Below are positions 5,058-7,039 of a stretch of DNA of 7,039 nucleotides, piece by piece; within the stretch, counting starts at the first letter, position 1; each line of letters opens with the position of its first letter. Source of the DNA: Candidatus Iainarchaeum sp. (GTDB lineage: Archaea > Iainarchaeota > Iainarchaeia > Iainarchaeales > 0-14-0-20-30-16); assembly GCA_903916665.1 (NCBI GenBank), contig CAIWXP010000030.1, forward strand, positions 1 through 7,039, given 5' to 3'. Position numbers and translations under genes: made by a program. The notes below the pieces were generated by a model that did no database searches, had not been told where the DNA came from, and was given only the letters and a program-made list of their open reading frames with translations.

Positions 5058-5512
5058 TGGCCAAAGAAATTGATAGTCTGGACAACCAAATACTAGATTT
5101 GTTGCAAAAAGATTCTAAAATCAAGTTGCATGTATTAGAAAAAAAGTTAGGTGTTCCTGCATCTACAATACATTTTAGACTACAAAAATTAGAATCGCAG
5201 GGATATTTTAAATATTCAATTGATAAAAATTATAAAAAATTAGGTTATAATATTAAATCAATAGTTATAGTTTACATAAATCCAAAGGATTTAAGACTAA
5301 TTAAAAAAACCCAAAGTGATTTGGCAAAAGCTATTTTAAAAATTAATGGTGTTGAAAGTGTTGATATAATAACTGGCGAAGGTGATTTGTTAGTTGTTTT
5401 GAGAGCAAAAACCATTGAAGAATTAAATAAAATGGTTTTGGAACAGATACAATTAATAGACGGAATTAAAAATACAAGAACAGTGGTTGTTTTGGAAGAA
5501 CATAGAAAATAA
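5057..5512 (+). CDS. Lrp/AsnC-family transcriptional regulator
   Basis: 151 aa. N-terminal winged HTH LDNQILDLLQKDSKIKLHVLEKKLGVPASTIHFRLQKLESQGY. C-terminal RAM/AsnC-type effector domain (IVIVYINPKD...GVESVDIITGEGDLLVVLRAKTIEELNKMVLEQIQLIDGIKNTRTVVVLEE). The size is typical of the family. Confidence 0.9.
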   Translation: MAKEIDSLDNQILDLLQKDSKIKLHVLEKKLGVPASTIHFRLQKLESQGYFKYSIDKNYKKLGYNIKSIVIVYINPKDLRLIKKTQSDLAKAILKINGVESVDIITGEGDLLVVLRAKTIEELNKMVLEQIQLIDGIKNTRTVVVLEEHRK

Positions 5513-5562
5513 ATATGTACTTATTTTAAAAATACAATATATCTAATATTTATTGTGATTCT

Positions 5563-6189
5563 ATGCCAAAGCCAAAAAGAATGTCAATTGGAAAAAAAGC
5601 AGTTATTGTAGGCGCAATTGGCCTGGGTATAAGTGCGGCAGCAGGTGTTGGTTTAGCATATCATAATGCAAATAAACATAAAGTAGAATTACCCTATCCT
5701 GAAAATTTTAGAAAAGATTCTAATCACGGGAGATTTGTTAATACTCCTGATAATGGGCCCAAAGTAACAGAGAAAAATTCAGGGGTAAAAAAAGATGAAC
5801 AAAGGAAATCAGGCATTAATAGAATAGAATCATTAAAAGTTTTCGAACCAAAAAATAAAAGTGAGTATTATAAATTAGGTGAACGTGTAAACGAATCTAA
5901 TTTTATGAAATTTTATAGTAGTGCTACATCCATGGAACAAAAATTAGATTTTGTTACAGGTTTTTGTTATAGATTTTATTTTGCAGATGAATATGGTGGA
6001 CATTTTGATTTGAAAGTAATGTCTAATTCTATTTCTGGTTTACAATTGCGAGAAATATTGGCTAAATTCATGATAAATAGACAAATAAAATCTCTTAGAA
6101 ATGATCCAAATGGTAAAGCTAGATTAGAAATATTTAAACAAACAATTCCTAGAGAATACCAAAAATATTTTGAACAAGGCTTAAAATGA
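5563..6189 (+). CDS. N-terminally membrane-anchored protein of unknown function
   Basis: ATG start, TGA stop. Basic N-terminus MPKPKRMSIGKK is followed by one hydrophobic helix AVIVGAIGLGISAAAGVGLAY, a polar linker, and a C-terminal domain of about 110 aa (FVTGFCYRFYFADEYGGHFDLKV...). I recognise no family. Confidence 0.6.
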   Translation: MPKPKRMSIGKKAVIVGAIGLGISAAAGVGLAYHNANKHKVELPYPENFRKDSNHGRFVNTPDNGPKVTEKNSGVKKDEQRKSGINRIESLKVFEPKNKSEYYKLGERVNESNFMKFYSSATSMEQKLDFVTGFCYRFYFADEYGGHFDLKVMSNSISGLQLREILAKFMINRQIKSLRNDPNGKARLEIFKQTIPREYQKYFEQGLK

Positions 6190-6191
6190 AA

Positions 6192-6653
6192 TTAATATAA
6201 TTTTCCTTTTTTATTTTCCCATTCTTTAAATGCAATTAGACATTCGTTCTTATCAATTTGTTTTTTTGTAAATTGTTTTTCTTTTTCTTTACCTGATAAA
6301 ATATCGTAAATTTCTTTATCGTCAAAACCTATTTTTGCAGCATCTTTTCTACTTGCCGAATAATACACTTTTTTTATTCTTGCCCAATGAATTGCAGCAA
6401 AGCACATTGGACAGGGTTCGCAAGTAGTATATAATTCACAGTCAGTTAATTTTTTATTTTTTATTTTTTTTGTTGCTTTTCTTATGGCAGTTATTTCTGC
6501 GTGTGCTGTTGGATCATTAGTTTTGTAAACCATATTATGCGCACGGGCAATTATTTTTCCTTTGCAAACAATTATTGCGCCAAATGGTCCACCATCTTTT
6601 TTATCAACGCCTAATAAACTTTCTTTTAATGCTTCTGCCATGAATTTGTTCAT
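6192..6653 (-). CDS. guaD: Guanine deaminase, cytidine-deaminase fold (GuaD type)
   Basis: GGPFGAIIV, NDPTAHAEITAIRKA (zinc His / catalytic Glu), CEPCPMCFAAIHWARIKKVYY (zinc Cys pair), DAAKIGFDD and the C-terminal F..W.N.K...Y tail closely parallel Bacillus subtilis GuaD. I place the start at the ATG at 6651..6653 (MNKFMAEAL...). The GTG at 6660..6662 used by the ORF track lies inside a GTGAT SD-like sequence 4 nt upstream of that ATG. Confidence 0.8.
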   Translation of the reverse strand: MNKFMAEALKESLLGVDKKDGGPFGAIIVCKGKIIARAHNMVYKTNDPTAHAEITAIRKATKKIKNKKLTDCELYTTCEPCPMCFAAIHWARIKKVYYSASRKDAAKIGFDDKEIYDILSGKEKEKQFTKKQIDKNECLIAFKEWENKKGKLY

Positions 6654-6658
6654 AAATA

Positions 6659-7039
6659 TCACTTTAAATCCAATGGTGTTCTAACTTTCCAACCATCAAT
6701 ATTAAATCCACCCATTTTATTTAATGCGTAATTTGTTAATTTTCTAAATGTAGTTATTTTTTCTTTATTTGTTTTTGAGTCTAAGCAAGATAAAAATATA
6801 TTTAAGAATTTTTTATCAGAATATTCTTTTAACACATATTTATTTCTTGCATCAGTAGTTAATAATTCATATATTTTATGTGATTTATATTTTGTTTCTC
6901 CAATGAATTGTCCATAGTCGTTAAAAAGTTCTATTAATTTATTATAATAAGAAATGTCAAAAGATTTTGAATTTGATTCGTAAAGTTCTTCAAGTTTTTC
7001 TAAATGTTCATACAAAAAGTATTTATTAATTTCAATTGA
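6659..7039 (-). CDS. Hypothetical protein, 5'-partial (reading frame runs off the right edge of the window)
   Basis: The start at 7015 in the ORF track is a TTG, and the same frame stays open through 7039 (..SIEINKYFLYEHLEKLEEL..), so the gene probably starts outside the window. TGA stop at 6659..6661, tightly packed against guaD. No recognisable motifs. Confidence 0.5.
   Translation of the reverse strand, partial: SIEINKYFLYEHLEKLEELYESNSKSFDISYYNKLIELFNDYGQFIGETKYKSHKIYELLTTDARNKYVLKEYSDKKFLNIFLSCLDSKTNKEKITTFRKLTNYALNKMGGFNIDGWKVRTPLDLK

Noticed and set aside
6192-6662. Calling the CDA-fold protein a tRNA adenosine deaminase (TadA), and using the GTG at 6660..6662 as its start.
   Set aside because: The GGPFGA motif, the DAAxxGFDD segment and the C-terminal F..W.N.K..Y extension match GuaD-type guanine deaminases rather than TadA. 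The GTG lies inside an SD-like GTGAT that is correctly spaced for the downstream ATG.
1-7039. Alternative genetic code or stop-codon reassignment.
   Set aside because: TAA, TAG and TGA all terminate well-supported ORFs at the positions expected from homologous protein lengths. No conserved domain is interrupted by an in-frame stop.

Overview
Strongly AT-rich, gene-dense window: 9 protein-coding ORFs plus one tRNA, with two convergent gene pairs whose stop codons are 0 and 2 nt apart. No CRISPR array, transposase/integrase or rRNA is visible. The content looks archaeal: a short archaeal-type AsnRS, an AsnRS-paralogous asparagine synthetase of the kind described in Pyrococcus, an Lrp/AsnC regulator, a tRNA without encoded CCA, TATA-like boxes about 25-28 nt upstream of start codons, and GGTGA-type Shine-Dalgarno sites. 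The composition and compactness suggest a small-genome (DPANN-like) lineage, but this is inference and cannot be proven from this window. The main result is a compact asparagine module on the minus strand. An AsnRS-like catalytic-core-only protein (4036..4938, archaeal AsnA-type asparagine synthetase) is followed by tRNA-Asn(GUU) (3818..3889) and a full-length AsnRS (2474..3760). An Lrp/AsnC-family regulator (5057..5512) is transcribed divergently from this module. The 118-bp divergent control region contains a perfect 19-bp palindrome touching the regulator's ATG and a 13-nt box repeated 42 bp away. Other genes are a DDAH/arginine-deiminase-fold hydrolase, a Cys-containing lipoprotein translationally coupled to a short divergent LDH/MDH-family dehydrogenase, a membrane-anchored unknown protein, a GuaD-type guanine deaminase, and a 5'-truncated unknown ORF at the right edge. 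All functional calls rest on motif recognition by eye; no database search was possible.
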